Below are positions 25,148 to 37,938 of a DNA stretch of 64,000 nt, piece after piece. The position numbers were made by a program, and so were the translations under genes. Each line of letters starts with the position of its first letter. Position 1 is the first letter of the stretch. This DNA comes from Carcharhinus longimanus (lineage: Eukaryota), in assembly GCA_030264375.1 (NCBI GenBank), contig JASCQW010000027.1, positions 51,233,723-51,297,722 of the forward strand, in the 5' to 3' direction. The notes below the pieces were generated by a model that had not been told where the DNA came from, searched no databases, and worked only from the letters and a program-made list of their open reading frames with translations.

Positions 25148-25243
25148 CATGATGTGGAGTTGCCATCATTGGACTGGGTGTGCACCTGAAAAAACAGTGC
25201 TCTGAAAGCTCATGCTATCAAATAAACCTGTTGGACTTGAACC
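25148..25243. mobile_element. Penelope-like (family A) fragment with internal inversion
   Basis: gatgtggagttgcc..ttggactggg is followed by the inverted cacctga...gaaagctc...aataaacctgttggact. Confidence 0.65.
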
Positions 25244-26117
25244 NNNNNNNNNNNNNNNNNNNNNNNNNNNNNNNNNNNNNNNNNNNNNNNNNNNNNNNNN
25301 NNNNNNNNNNNNNNNNNNNNNNNNNNNNNNNNNNNNNNNNNNNTATCTTCTCTTCCTCTGGATGAAATACCTCCAGATGTTGCCGAGGAGGAAGTAAGTG
25401 GACAAGTAACTCAAGCATCTATAAAGCTCACTGCCGTGGCTCCAAAATACATTCATCAATCGATGAGATCCATAGAGAAGACATTAACTACAGATCTCAG
25501 ACCCCATGGGAACTTATGGGGGGCCTGATTTCAACCACATCCTGTGATCTGTGGTGGGCAGGAGGGTGCAGGTCAATCTTGAATACCCTTTGACATCAAA
25601 ATGCATTTCTCACTTTGGATGGCAGCAAAGGTGAGCACTGCTTCCAGGATTCTTCTGCTGGGCTAGTGAACACCTAGCCTGGGAGTTAACAACCTGGCCA
25701 GCCTCTCTGTGTGTCACTGACTCAAGAATCTACTGAACATTTCTTTATCTGGGTGTAAGGGAGTTGAAATATTTCACAGACCTATTCTTAGAACAAATGT
25801 GTTCTTACAGCTTTTAGTTGGCTTGACTTGTTCTTTTCCATTGGTTACACATCCACCTGGATATCTAAGGAATGAAATATTTTGGAACTGCAAAAATTAA
25901 AAAAGGGATGAGTACCTGTTTGTTATTGTCATTAGAATCCCCAGCAAAGCAAGCAGCAGCAAAAAATAATACTTTCTGGTTATTGGGAGGACACACAAAA
26001 ATTGATGAATGGTTGATCAGAAAGTATTTCAGTTATCTAACATCCAGCAATGGAGAGAAAATTGATTAATGTTGTTAAAATCCTTCGTATATCCAGCACT
26101 TTCTGTTTTTATTTCAG

Positions 26118-26233
26118 ATTCCGAATCTAACTTGACTCAACTGGATGAGGTGAAGGGAAAAGTAAAAATAAACAGTGATAATGAAGAAGTGAGGCACCTG
26201 AACAAAGCTCTCCTGCTCTGTCAATCTAAACAG
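26118..26233 (+). CDS. CCP exon H: (D)SESNLTQLDEVKGKVKINSDNEEVRHLNKALLLCQSKQ
   Basis: Acceptor tttttatttcag, donor CAG|gtatat. Phase 1 in, phase 0 out, compatible with both neighbours. Confidence 0.7.
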
Positions 26234-26371
26234 GTATATTTCAGTGTTGGTGAGATCACTGCAAATGCAGATCCTGTTCCCTGCTAAATGTATAACAGAA
26301 TTTAGTGACACAATGTCCTAATAATTAATGCTGCTAAACTTATTGTGTTAAAACATTGTCATCCAGAACTG

Positions 26372-26630
26372 AATAGAATCATAGAATCTCTACAAAGCAG
26401 GAGACCATTCAGCCCATCAATCTGCACTGACTCTCTGAAGAGTCATCTTATCCAAGTCCCCATGCTCACGTTATTCCCATACTCCATGCATTAACACCAT
26501 TTATCCATCTAACCTATACATTTTTGGACACTGAAAGGGCAATTTAGCATAGCCAATCAACCTAACCTTCATATCTTTGGACTGTGGGGGCAAACTGAAG
26601 TTCCCAGAGGAAACCCATACAGGCACAATG
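26372..26630 (-). mobile_element. HE1-like V-SINE, 5'-truncated
   Basis: V-domain and CR1-type tail. Confidence 0.85.
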
Positions 26631-26639
26631 TGTGCATAC

Positions 26640-26696
26640 TCAAAAGAGAGGGTGTTTGTGTGAGAGAGGGCGTGTGTGCAGGAGTGTTTCAGAGAC

Positions 26697-26727
<31 letters not shown>

Positions 26728-27660
26728 ACGGGGATGGTGATTTCCTTAGCCTTAGACGGTGGCCCCAACCCCGACTCCAGGCAATGACCTCATACTTGAC
26801 CTCAGACGACCTCAAATTTACATTCACTAGTGAGTGGAATTGGACAGGGAAAGTGATTGAGTATCTGATCTGGGGTAGAAACCAGATGCTAAGGAGGAGG
26901 GTGACAATGATATGGGGAGAGAGGAAATGGCTGCTGGTGTGTGCTTGCACAAGAGAGAAGGTGTTTGCATGAGAGAGACAGTAAGTGTGCAAGAGAGAGA
27001 ATCTGTCTGGAGAGAGAAAGAGAGAGGGTGTGTGAGAGAGAGAGGGGGAGAGGGTGTGTGAGAAAGAGGGAGAGGGTGTGTGAGAGAGAGGGCGTGTGAA
27101 AGAGAGAGGGAAAGTGTATGTGCGAGAGAGAGTGTGTGTGCGAGAGTGTGTGTGTGTGTGTGCGAGAGTGTGCGTATGTGCGAGAGTGTGCGTGTGTGCG
27201 AGAGTGTGTGAGAGTGTGTGTGTGAGAGAGAGTGTGTGCGAGAGAGAGTGCATGTGCGAGAGGTTGTGCGTGTGAGAGTGTGTGTGAGAGAGAGCATGTT
27301 TGTGAGAGAGAGAGAATGTGTGCGAGAGAGACAGTGTGCATGCGAGCGAGGGAATGTGTGTGTGCGAAACAGAGAGTGGACAGAATTCTCTGCACTTTCA
27401 CACTTTCACGCCAGTGGGATTCTCTGGTCCTATGGTAGTGAACAAAGATTTGGCTGAGCACCAAAGTCTCCAAGCTTACTGCCAGGAGCAATGGCGTAAA
27501 CAGCCGGAGAATTCTGCCAGTGTGTGCGCAAGAGAGCAAGAGTACATGTGCGAGAGAGAGCGAGACAACATGCCCACGTGAGGGAGTAGACAGCATACAA
27601 AAGAGAAAGACGGTGTGCATGCATAGATGAGAGAATGTGTGAGAGAGACAGTGAGAGAGC
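26640..27660. repeat. Long compound (TG)n/(GA)n microsatellite array with an embedded MITE-like element (about 27378-27520)
   Basis: Directly visible; it is the source of the spurious HT/LS/CV-rich ORFs. Confidence 0.95.
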
Positions 27661-28374
27661 CTACTGAGTGCTCAGAGTTGGAGCAAGTGCTGTTACCTGC
27701 TCACAGCTGGTGGGCTAGGTGGGTGCATGTCAGATGGGAGACGGAAAGTGCTGTTTGGTGCTCAGAACTATGTCCTTCCCAGATTTCTATTGGTGAGAGG
27801 CAGTGTGAAATTCTGGATGAGTGTGCAGGGTGAGTATAAAACACTGAGAGTGGGAATTTACAGCCTCACTCATCCCGAAACCATAAAATCCCACCTGAGG
27901 TCAACAGACCTTTCCATGGTCCACCCTTCACCTGCTCCGTTTGCATAAATTCCTAGGGTGGGCTAAATTCTGGCTCAAGTATGACGAGATTCTGTCTTAT
28001 GCCCAACCTCAGTTTTTCTCACTCACCACCACACACCAGCACATACACACGCACCCACTTCCACTCATTCAGCCACTCACATACACTGACCCTCTGTCAT
28101 CCTCTGGATTTTTATTACTTACTCTTTTTCAACTTAATTTTTCTGCTGTGGCATTGCTGTACTCTTGCTCAGTAATTATTTATCTCCTTAAATCCTCAAC
28201 TTGTTTCTTAAATTTCAATTTATTATTGTGCCAAACGTTATGATTCTGAAACTTGCTCATCGGCGCCTTGAGTGAGAAAAATGTATAATTGTAGATCCCG
28301 AAGAAAAAACGTTAGACAACATTGAATCAACAGTTCTTCTTTTTCTTTAATTAATTTATGGGATTTTATTGACT

Positions 28375-28820
28375 AGGTCAGCATTTATTGTCCATTCTAA
28401 TTGCCCTTGTGAAGGTGGTGGTGAGCTGCCTTCTTGAACTGCTACAGCACATGCAGTGTAGATACATCCAAAGTGCTGTTAGCAAGAGAGTTCCTGGATT
28501 TTGACCCAGCGACAGTGAAGGAACAGCAATATATTTCCATGTCAGGATGGTGAGTGGCTTGGAGGGCAACTTCCAGGTGGGGGTGTTCCCAGGTATCTGT
28601 TGTACTTGTTTATCTAAATGTTAATGGTCGTGGTTTTGGAAGGTGCTGCCTAAGGAGCCTTGATGAGTTTCTGCAGTGCATCTTATAAATGGTACACACT
28701 ACTGCCACTGTTTGTCAGTGGTGGAGGGAGTGAATGGAAGGGGTGCCTATCAAACTGCTTTGCCTTGAATGGTGTCAAGCTTCTTGAGCGTAGCTGGATC
28801 TGCACCCATCCAGGCAAGAA
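28375..28820 (-). mobile_element. L2/CR1-group LINE 3' fragment
   Basis: gcatttattg.cca..cta.ttgccctt..gaaggtggtggtgagc family, multiple copies in the window. Confidence 0.8.
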
Positions 28821-29511
28821 TTACATCCAAATTACCTGAAGATAGACAGAAACTGGACTCTCTTCATTACTGTTTGTTGGTCTGTCGTTCTTTTTGTCTG
28901 TGAACAATAATCTAAAAACTAATGTATGATTTTCAGTGGAACTTGGTAGACAGATAGGATATGGCCCAAGGAAGAACTGATTATTTTGTGATGAGGATCT
29001 GGAAATTTGTAAAGGATCCATTAATTTTGGGATTATGGGTGATCTGACTATTTTTTAGAATGTTCTGGATTGTCTCAGCTGCTGTGGTAGATTTTGTCAT
29101 GGCTATCAAAATGTGAGCAGAGTTTTCAGAGTAAGATTTTAGATGTGGATTGACCTGAAGCCTCCTCAGTGAGATGGATGCTGTTAATAAAAATGTATTT
29201 TTTAACTTTGTAGTAAGGAAAACATCAACCAGTTAAGGAAAGGCCTCAAGGAAAAGGTGCATAATTGTAATAGCACTGAGTTAACACACTGATGGAGGAA
29301 TGCAGTCTATCAAGTGCCCTTTTCACTGTTCCAAACTGATTTTGAAGTACCTTTTGAATTAAATGACACCATTTTGATTCATTTGCAAAATTACAGATGT
29401 TAGCTTAATTTAGAAGGTAATGATCAAATATACTACATGTGTCAAGTTATTTTATTTTTGTTTCATAAAATACGGGTCTAATTAAATGACTTGGATGATT
29501 TTAGCTTTGTT

Positions 29512-29840
29512 TTCATAGAAATCACAGAACCTTACAGTGCAAAAGGAGGTTATTTGACTCATTGAGTCTGCATTGACAAAAATCCCACCCAGGCCCTATC
29601 CCCGTAATCCACATATTTACCCTGCTAATCCCCCTGACACGAAGGGGCAATTTTTCATGGCCAATCCACCTACCCCACACATCTTTGGACTGTGGGAGGA
29701 GACTGAAGCACCCGGACGAAACCCATGCATACTTGGGGAGAATATGCAAACTTCACACAGAAAGTCACCTGAGGCCAGAATTGAACCTTTGTCCCTAGTG
29801 CTGTGAGGCAGCAATGCTAACCACTGTGCCACTACGCCAC
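29512..29840 (-). mobile_element. HE1-like V-SINE (CR1-type tail)
   Basis: Full head, V-domain and tail. Confidence 0.9.
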
Positions 29841-30293
29841 CATTTACTTCAATGTAATCAGCGTAAGAGGTCTTGTGTCACAGTAGTAAAGTCTCCACCT
29901 TTAGACTAGAAAGCCAATGTTCAAGTCCAATGCTAGGACTTGTTGGCCATGGAAGTAACGTACATAATGTGGTTCAATGGGCTAATAATCAGATTGGGGA
30001 TCCTCCTGCTATCCTCCAAAGGGAAAAAGAGTGTATGAGTGAAGATATGCTTCAAAATAAAATTAAATCAGTTTAAGGACTTTCAATTCTAGATGTCTGT
30101 TTTCTTAATTGTCTCGGGTACATTTTTAATCTAAGATACCTAGTTCAGGATTTATAAACCCAGTTAGATAACAAACTGCTGAAATTTCAGATATTCTGAA
30201 AATTAGACATTCAAGCCTATGACTAATATTGTCAAATGAATATCTCAACAGATTCATGCAGCTATTATCATAATCATATTACATTTCTCATAG

Positions 30294-30433
30294 AATGACT
30301 TGACAAATCAGCTAAAACATCAACAAGCAAAGAATTTTCTTCAATTAGAAGACAAGATGTCACTGGAGTCAATAAAGCAATGCTACGCAATGCTAAACCA
30401 GATGAACTTGTCTAAGTCAGTGCTCGAATCAGA
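30294..30433 (+). CDS. CCP exon I: NDLTNQLKHQQAKNFLQLEDKMSLESIKQCYAMLNQMNLSKSVLES(E)
   Basis: Acceptor tttctcatag, donor GA|gtaagt. Open, phase 0 to 2. Confidence 0.75.
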
Positions 30434-30629
30434 GTAAGTATTCAGTTCACTGTAAGAATTCAATACACACTGAAGTTGCAAAAAAAGTGTAAAAAGACTA
30501 AGATTTATAATTTTTTTTACATAAGTTGTATGTATCTGTATATAGAATGCAGCCCTCCCAGTAAATGTCCAGAATAGGTACGGTCAGGACTGAAGTGGTC
30601 CAGCAGAAGGGTCCCGTATTAAGTCAAGA

Positions 30630-31065
30630 CCCAGCTATAACCTGCTGAGAACTCTTCAATTTCATTCAAAACTCATCAAGGCTTCTTCCACAGCACCTTC
30701 CAAATTCATGATGTCTACCACGTGAAGAAACAAGAATAACAGGCACATGGAAACATTGTCGCCTCCTAGTTCATCTCCAAGTCACAGACCATCCTGATTT
30801 GGAGCTAAGTCACCATTCTTTCACTGTCTCTTGGTTAAATCCCTGGAACTCCCTCCCTGACAGCACTATGGGTGTACCTACATCACTTAGATTGCAGCAG
30901 TTCAGAAAGGTGGCTCACTATGTTTAAGTTTATATATTGGTATCACAAGCAGGCTTACATTAACACTGCAGTGAAGTTACTGTGAAAATCTCCTAGCTCA
31001 ACACCACTGTACAAGCGCAGTTAGGGAGAGGCAAGAAATGATGCCCACATCCCATGAATGTACAA
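30630..31065 (+). mobile_element. L2/CR1-group LINE 3' fragment with an inserted SINE-tail piece (about 30922-31000)
   Basis: Reverse complement of the 28375 family. Confidence 0.75.
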
Positions 31066-31937
31066 AAAGAAATTCACTGCGCAGATCATTCCAGGTTTAG
31101 ATTTTTTTTCAATCATGCTTTGGACCTTCTAAGATGGGGGTAATTTTGCGATGACATTTTGACATCACCATTATAGGTTGGGGGAATGGCAAATTGTGCG
31201 GAGGGTGTGGAGAGTCTACAGAAGGATCTAGATAGGCTGGGCGAATGGGCCAGGNNNNNNNNNNNNNNNNNNNNNNNNNNNNNNNNNNNNNNNNNNNNNN
31301 NNNNNNNNNNNNNNNNNNNNNNNNNNNNNNNNNNNNNNNNNNNNNNNNNNNNNNAATGGCGGGGCAGGCTCGAAGGGCTAGATGGCCTACTCCTGCTCCT
31401 ATTTCTTATGTTCTTATGTTCTTATTATAAAGGAACAAGGGTTAGTTCTGTCTGCTTGTTAGGAAGTCGGCTTTCTCCTGCACCTAGCCTCCTGTGCCAG
31501 GTTTTGTATATTTAGAGCTGGCAGGCATCACAGAAAGGTTCCAGAGGTGAACAACCTGACTATTGTCACTGTAATATTGTCATGGCAGTCATTGCTAGCC
31601 CCCTTGGATTTTTAGTCCCAATGGTCATTAGTTTGTTCCTTCAGCTTTATCTCAGTAACATTTTGTACATTGGTATACATGATATTTAATCATCACTATT
31701 TCACTGGTATCCCCTTGAGCCAGTGAGAAGCGTTGAATTGCATTTGTCATAAATTATGCCAACCTTTGAGGCTGATAAAATTTTATAAATGGGCTTAACT
31801 TATTGCACCGCCAGTGTTTCAACACCAGATGGCACAATTTAGGAGGCTTGCTACTGACCTGAAGTGGAAGAAAAACATGTCAATTCTCCTCATTAAATGG
31901 ATTAACATCTGAATGAAAATGTATCTAAATTTTTCAG

Positions 31938-32085
31938 GACAAGTGAAGACAGCAACAGTGAGTTTGAATCCGAGGTAACATTTTATTCCAAGGCAAGGAA
32001 GAAAAAAGTACAAAGACCCTCAAAAGCCAGGTCTGCTCTCCCTGCCCTCTCCATCCGTCAGATGGGCAAGCACAGGACTAAGCAG
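31938..32085 (+). CDS. CCP exon J: TSEDSNSEFESEVTFYSKARKKKVQRPSKARSALPALSIRQMGKHRTKQ
   Basis: Acceptor tttttcag, donor CAG|gtaaat. Phase 2 to 0. An acidic serine patch followed by a basic cluster, as in CCP2/3 tails. Confidence 0.75.
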
Positions 32086-32639
32086 GTAAATGCTATCATC
32101 TTTTATCAAGTTTGTCACCGAAAGTTGCAGGAGATTTGGCTGCAATTAGAATATCTGGTGAGATGCAAAGCTGTGGTCGTTCTATTGGCTAATAATAGTG
32201 AGGTCTGAACGCATTTTTCTCAAGTATTAATTTTGCCAAAATATGTTGAACAATTTCTGTGGTGTCTCAATATTTTCTGAGGGTGGGATTAGGACCCCCA
32301 ACACCTCCTCTGGACATAGCAAGCATTGCCATATTATGTTATATTCTCTGGGCAGGTGCCATGAATGCAGTCCTGGTGGCATAGCACCTGCTTTTCATGT
32401 GTAAATAAACAGACCACTTCCTGACCACACAGGCTTTATTGAGATCAATGCTGGCAGGCACATTTCTGGAACTCATTTCAAGAAGTGGCTGCCACAGACT
32501 TGTCACGCCAATGTCTTTAAGCACATTTCTACAATCCAATAAAGTGAATTTTCAGAACGTATGTTGCCAAATGAAATAAATGTGAATAACTAAATGAGGA
32601 TTTTACTGTAAAATAAACAAGCCGATTGACAAGTTACAG

Positions 32640-32753
32640 ATGAATCTGATGGCACTGAAGAGCTACACACCATTTGTGAACCAATATGCCAATCGCAGCA
32701 ATGGAGGAATCCCAATGTTTGCTCAGGAACGTCTAATGGAAAGAACTGCAAAG
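32640..32753 (+). CDS. CCP exon K: MNLMALKSYTPFVNQYANRSNGGIPMFAQERLMERTAK
   Basis: Donor AAG|gtaaag, open frame, phase 0-0. The acceptor is weak (ttacag giving start 32640, or the in-frame aag giving start 32622). Confidence 0.7.
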
Positions 32754-33454
32754 GTAAAGCTCAGGGCTCTTGTTGAAATGAAATAGGCTAAACTCTAAAT
32801 TTGAATTTCTCTCTGTACTTCCTTTCTACAAACACACACTGTTTAGAAATGGCAATGTGATGCTGTAACTTTGTATTTCTGGCAGATATGCATGTTTGTA
32901 ATTTTAAAATAATCCTGAGAGGGCTATTTGGTATGAGCAGATCAAATATACCAGTGAATTGCATTGTGTTTTCTCTTCATTCAGCGTCATGACCTGGTGT
33001 TATGTGGTTTTAATAGACGAGGGAAAGTCAACTTACAAATTGGCTTCCGCCAGCTGTCTTCAGAAGGTCCAGAGGATCCAGAAGTCTCTTTGTACTGTCT
33101 GGTGATCAATACATGTTAAGATACAGTTGGACCTAATCAAGGTATTCAGTGGGAAATATCTCATCTAACAGTATCAGCTGGAGCTTATCACTAGCTTATG
33201 CTGTGTTTGAGTGTTGTGATTTCCTTTTACTGATCTACCTTCAAATGTAATGTCCTCTAATACCATGCATCAGCCAGCTAAATCAGCAGGATGCAAACAT
33301 TACCAAGATGAGATAGGTTTGTTTGCTGTGATAGATGCCTGTTCACATTTTGATTATTAGGGCAAACTTTTCAAAAGAATTCCTTTTACCTTAAGGAACG
33401 TGCATTTATACAATGTAGGGGTGCTGGAAATGGATGTTTATTTTATATTTTGGG

Positions 33455-34750
33455 GCCTTGTTGGCTAGGCCACCATTTATTGTCCATGCCTAATTGTCCA
33501 TGAGAACGTCAGAGTGAGTTATCTTCTTGAACTACTACAGTCAATGTGGTGTAGATACTCCCACAGATAGGAAGGGAGTTACAGGATTTTGATCCCACAA
33601 GAGTAAAGGAACAGCAATACAGTTCCAAGTCAAGGGGGAAATTTGAATATGACAATGTTCCCATGCAGCTAGCAGCCTTGTCCTTCTCGGTGATAGAGAT
33701 CACAGGTTTGGAATGTATTGTTGAAGGACTCTCAGTGAGTTACTGCAGTGAATCTTGTAGATGGTATACACTGCTGCCACTGTCCACCAGTTTTAGCGGG
33801 AGTGAATGTTTAAGAACATAAGAAATAGGAGCAGGAGTAGGCCATCTAGCCCTTTGAGCCTGCCCTGCCATTCAATAAGATCATGNNNNNNNNNNNNNNN
33901 NNNNNNNNNNNNNNNNNNNNNNNNNNNNNNNNNNNNNNNNNNNNNNNNNNNNNNNNNNNNNNNNNNNNNNNNNNNNNNNNNNNNNNNNNNNNNNNNNNNN
34001 NNNNNNNNNNNNNNNNNNNNNNNNNNNNNNNNNNNNNNNNNNNNNNNNNNNNNNNNNNNNNNNNNNNNNNNNNNNNNNNNNNNNNNNNNNNNNNNNNNNN
34101 NNNNNNNNNNNNNNNNNNNNNNNNNNNNNNNNNNNNNNNNNNNNNNNNNNNNNNNNNNNNNNNNNNNNNNNNNNNNNNNNNNNNNNNNNNNNNNNNNNNN
34201 NNNNNNNNNNNNNNNNNNNNNNNNNNNNNNNNNNNNNNNNNNNNNNNNNNNNNNNNNNNNNNNNNNNNNNNNNNNNNNNNNNNNNNNNNNNNNNNNNNNN
34301 NNNNNNNNNNNNNNNNNNNNNNNNNNNNNNNNNNNNNNNNNNNNNNNNNNNNNNNNNNNNNNNNNNNNNNNNNNNNNNNNNNNNNNNNNNNNNNNNNNNN
34401 NNNNNNNNNNNNNNNNNNNNNNNNNNNNNNNNNNNNNNNNNNNNNNNNNNNNNNNNNNNNNNNNNNNNNNNNNNNNNNNNNNNNNNNNNNNNNNNNNNNN
34501 NNNNNNNNNNNNNNNNNNNNNNNNNNNNNNNNNNNNNNNNNNNNNNNNNNNNNNNNNNNNNNNNNNNNNNNNNNNNNNNNNNNNNNNNNNNNNNNNNNNN
34601 NNNNNNNNNNNNNNNNNNNNNNNNNNNTAAATCGGTTGGACTAAAACCTGGTGTTGTCAGACTTTTTACTGTGTTTACGCCAGTCCAACGCCGGCATACC
34701 CACACAATAAATGCTGGCCAGCCAGTGACGCCCATGTCTGATGAACAAAC
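33455..34750. mobile_element. LINE fragment, CR1 3' end, gap, and Penelope-like family A end (34628-34705)
   Basis: Family homology to the other copies in the window. Confidence 0.7.
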
Positions 34751-35475
34751 AAAAAAAGAATATAAGTTGTATTCTTTAATGTTTTAACTCCTTGAAAATG
34801 TTTAAGGTTAAAATGGGATTTGGATTTTTAAAGAATTTGCTAAATTTTGATTGAAACATGATGATTTGTGCGCTTACCAAATCATAGAACTCTCTGCACC
34901 AAGGAAACTAAAAAACATGTGTAACAAATCATGAAGTGTATGATGCAAAGTATAGAAAGATCACCCAGATGATAGTACTGGATAATACTGTAATATCTGG
35001 GTGAATTTATATTTGGTGTTCTTTGAGTTAATTTAGCATGTTCTTAAATATTTGGAGAAGTTCTCCTGCATTGAACTTACCCAGTGCCCACCACCAGCCT
35101 CAGTTAAGTGGGATCAACCTGATAATCTCCCTGCTGCTCTTAGCACACCTCAGTGCATACACACTCCCCAAGATCAGCCAGACAGCTCAATTTGCATTCC
35201 ATATATGATGGTCACACTCACTCACTTGGAAAATCCCTAAGAACTCGTCAGGTATTGATTTGAGAAGCACTGAAATAGATAAATAATTAAGAGCTCCATC
35301 TGAATTACCTGAAGACAGAGAGAAACTAAAATCTTTCCTTGAGATATTACAGAGGTCAGATCCCTGGACTTCCATGCTCTGCAAAAGAAACAGATTTAAT
35401 GAACTAAATAGTCTTTACTTATTCTATTCTTTCTTACATTCTTCACTTAATGACTGAACAACTGATATTTTACAG

Positions 35476-35529
35476 CGAGTGAAAGAAATGGAAAATGCTG
35501 AAAAATTCCAAGAAAAATCAATTTCTCGT
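35476..35529 (+). CDS. CCP exon L: RVKEMENAEKFQEKSISR
   Basis: Acceptor ttttacag, strong donor CGT|gtaagt. 54 nt, phase 0-0; continues the helical ERTAK-RVKEME. Confidence 0.75.
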
Positions 35530-36377
35530 GTAAGTATCTCCAGCATCTTACAAGTCATGTTGAGTAAAATATTTTCCAAATTTTAGAATTTTACACCAAG
35601 TCAGGCTGAGCCCTTCAATGATAATGATAGTGGCCAATTTTGTACTAGTCTGAACAGAGTGAACTTGATGAATCCTATTTTTCCAAAGCAATTTTAAACT
35701 CCAGCTTTATCTACTTACTGGTTTGCAACTGCCAGCCAACAATTCCCTTCTATGAGGGAGAATGTGGGACATGCTCTCAGGACTTTGCCAATGTCACATT
35801 GCAAGGAATGTGAGCATGTCCTGTGTTCAACCTTAGATTGGTCACTTTATTCACAAAGGCTCCATCTTTGTGCTGTAGATCTTGTATGGTGAGGATGAGG
35901 AAAATTTCTAGATGTATTGTGATCAAATATGAGTTAGAAGGAACTAGATTTAATTTGATTGATCTATTATCCTGGGTGGTCCAGCAATCTTCTGTGTTCT
36001 CTGTTTTAGATCCCTCACTGTTCTACTGACACTGTTAACTTCTCCTAATACGGCAACATGGTGGCACAGTGGTCAGCATGGATTAGCTATAGGAAATGTG
36101 TGCAGTTACATTGATAGGGTGGGGTAGAGGGATACTCTGTCAGAGAGTCAGTCAGTGCAGACCCAATGGGCCAAATGGCCTCATCTGCACTGTTGGGATT
36201 CTGTGATTCAAGTAAGTTCATCTGTTATTCACTATTTAAAGTAAAATATTTGAAGGCCCCCATCTGGCATGGGATAAAACTAAAAATATTTAAAACCGAT
36301 CAGATTTCTTCATGGGATTTTTGCTTTAAAATGGGTAATTATCTAAGGACAATCAAATTGTGTGATTTTTCTTTCAG

Positions 36378-36537
36378 TTACTGAGAAAGAAAGACGATGT
36401 CAGTCATGTTCCTGTTAAGAATCACATGTTTTCCTTTTCCACTGACAACCAGAATAATAAAGGATTCAATGGATGTGTAACAAGAATTAAAAAGGAAGCA
36501 GTATTTTCACAATGCAAGGACAACTACAGGAATATTG
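36378..36537 (+). CDS. CCP exon M: LLRKKDDVSHVPVKNHMFSFSTDNQNNKGFNGCVTRIKKEAVFSQCKDNYRNI
   Basis: Strong acceptor tttttctttcag, donor G|gtaaag. Open 53 codons, phase 0 to 1. Confidence 0.6.
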
Positions 36538-36611
36538 GTAAAGAAAGCACAAGTCCAAGCACTGGTTCTGTGTTGTTGGAATGTCAATAACTTCCAATTT
36601 TCACTGCAGTA

Positions 36612-36927
36612 TCACGGTGATACAGTGGTTAGAACTGCTGCCTTACAGCGCCGGGGACTTGGGTTCATTTCCAGCCTCAGGTCACTGTCTGTGTGGAGCC
36701 TGCACATTCTCTCTGTGTCTGTGTGAACTTCCTGCGGGTGCTCCAGTTTCCTCCCACAGTCCAAAGATGTGCAGGTTGGGTTAATTGGCCATGCTGAATT
36801 GAGCCTAGTGTCAGGGGGATTGGCAGAGTAAATTTTGAGATTGTGAGAATAGGGCCTGGGTGGGATTGTGTTCGGCACAGACTTGATGGGCTGAATGGTC
36901 TCCTTCTGTACTGTAGGGATTCTATGA
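36612..36927 (+). mobile_element. HE1-like V-SINE (CR1-type tail)
   Basis: Head, V-domain and the tail gggctgaatggtctccttctgtactgtagggattctatg. Confidence 0.9.
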
Positions 36928-37674
36928 ACATTCAGAAGCATAAGCCCAATGAATCAGTTTTAATTAGTCAAACTGCAGACCTGACTAGGTCTGGAAGAAT
37001 GTTGTTATCTCTCTGCTCTGTGAATGGTCTAAAGTACTTTGTTTTGAAAGAATGACTGGTCCAATATGAATAAATCATTGAAATTAATGGAGGTGTCTAT
37101 CATCGCCATTCAACTCCACTGTCCCACCCTCCACCTACCCTGACAGCTTGAATCAGGATTCCAGCTTTGGAGCAGGTTGAAGTTGCACCACATCAAAACT
37201 GAGCATCAAATGTACAATAGTAGAAAATCAAAGACATTATGTATAATATATTTATATATTAATAGATGTCTACCAAAGTTAAAGATGGTTTATTATAAAA
37301 ACATTGCTTCCCATTAAGTATATGTGACAAATGTTAACTATTTCCATCCATAATAATTTACCCATTGCCTTCATTATTGTTGGCTGCAATATACATAGTG
37401 AACCTTGGCTGGTGTTTCTGCCAGGAGCAGCATTGTATGTTGTGGTCAATCAATGAATATAGCAATTGTTTCAATGGCCAAGCTTTCCATTTGAGATTTC
37501 TGAATCACAGATGGTTCCCGGCTTGTCTCTCAAGAAAATGTCTGGAGATGGAGCTTATTCCCTGTTTCTTTCCATCGATGACTCAGCCTGACTGAAGTTC
37601 TAGTGGTGGTGTTGTCAATGGATTTTGTCCAAGTCATATTACAATGGAATATTATACCCAGGAACTTTTTTAAA

Positions 37675-37938
37675 AAGTTTATTTATGAGTGTCACAAATA
37701 GGCTTACATTAATGCTGCAATGAAGTTACTGCAAAAATCCCCTAGTCGTCACACTCTGGTGCCTGTTCATATACGCTGAAGGAGAATTTAGCATGGCCAA
37801 TCTTTCAGACTGTGGGAGGGAACTGGTGCAGCCGGAAGAAACCCACGCAGACTTGGGGAGAATGTACAGACTCCACACAGAAGTGACCCAAACCGGGAAT
37901 CGAACCTAAGTCCCTGGCGTTGTAAAGCACAGTGCCAC
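37675..37938 (-). mobile_element. HE1-like V-SINE (tail type 2)
   Basis: Homologous to 776-1075. Confidence 0.9.

Noticed and set aside
26501-27620. His/Thr/Leu/Ser-rich and Cys/Val-rich ORFs up to 250 aa
   Set aside because: Translations of the (TG)n/(GA)n microsatellite.
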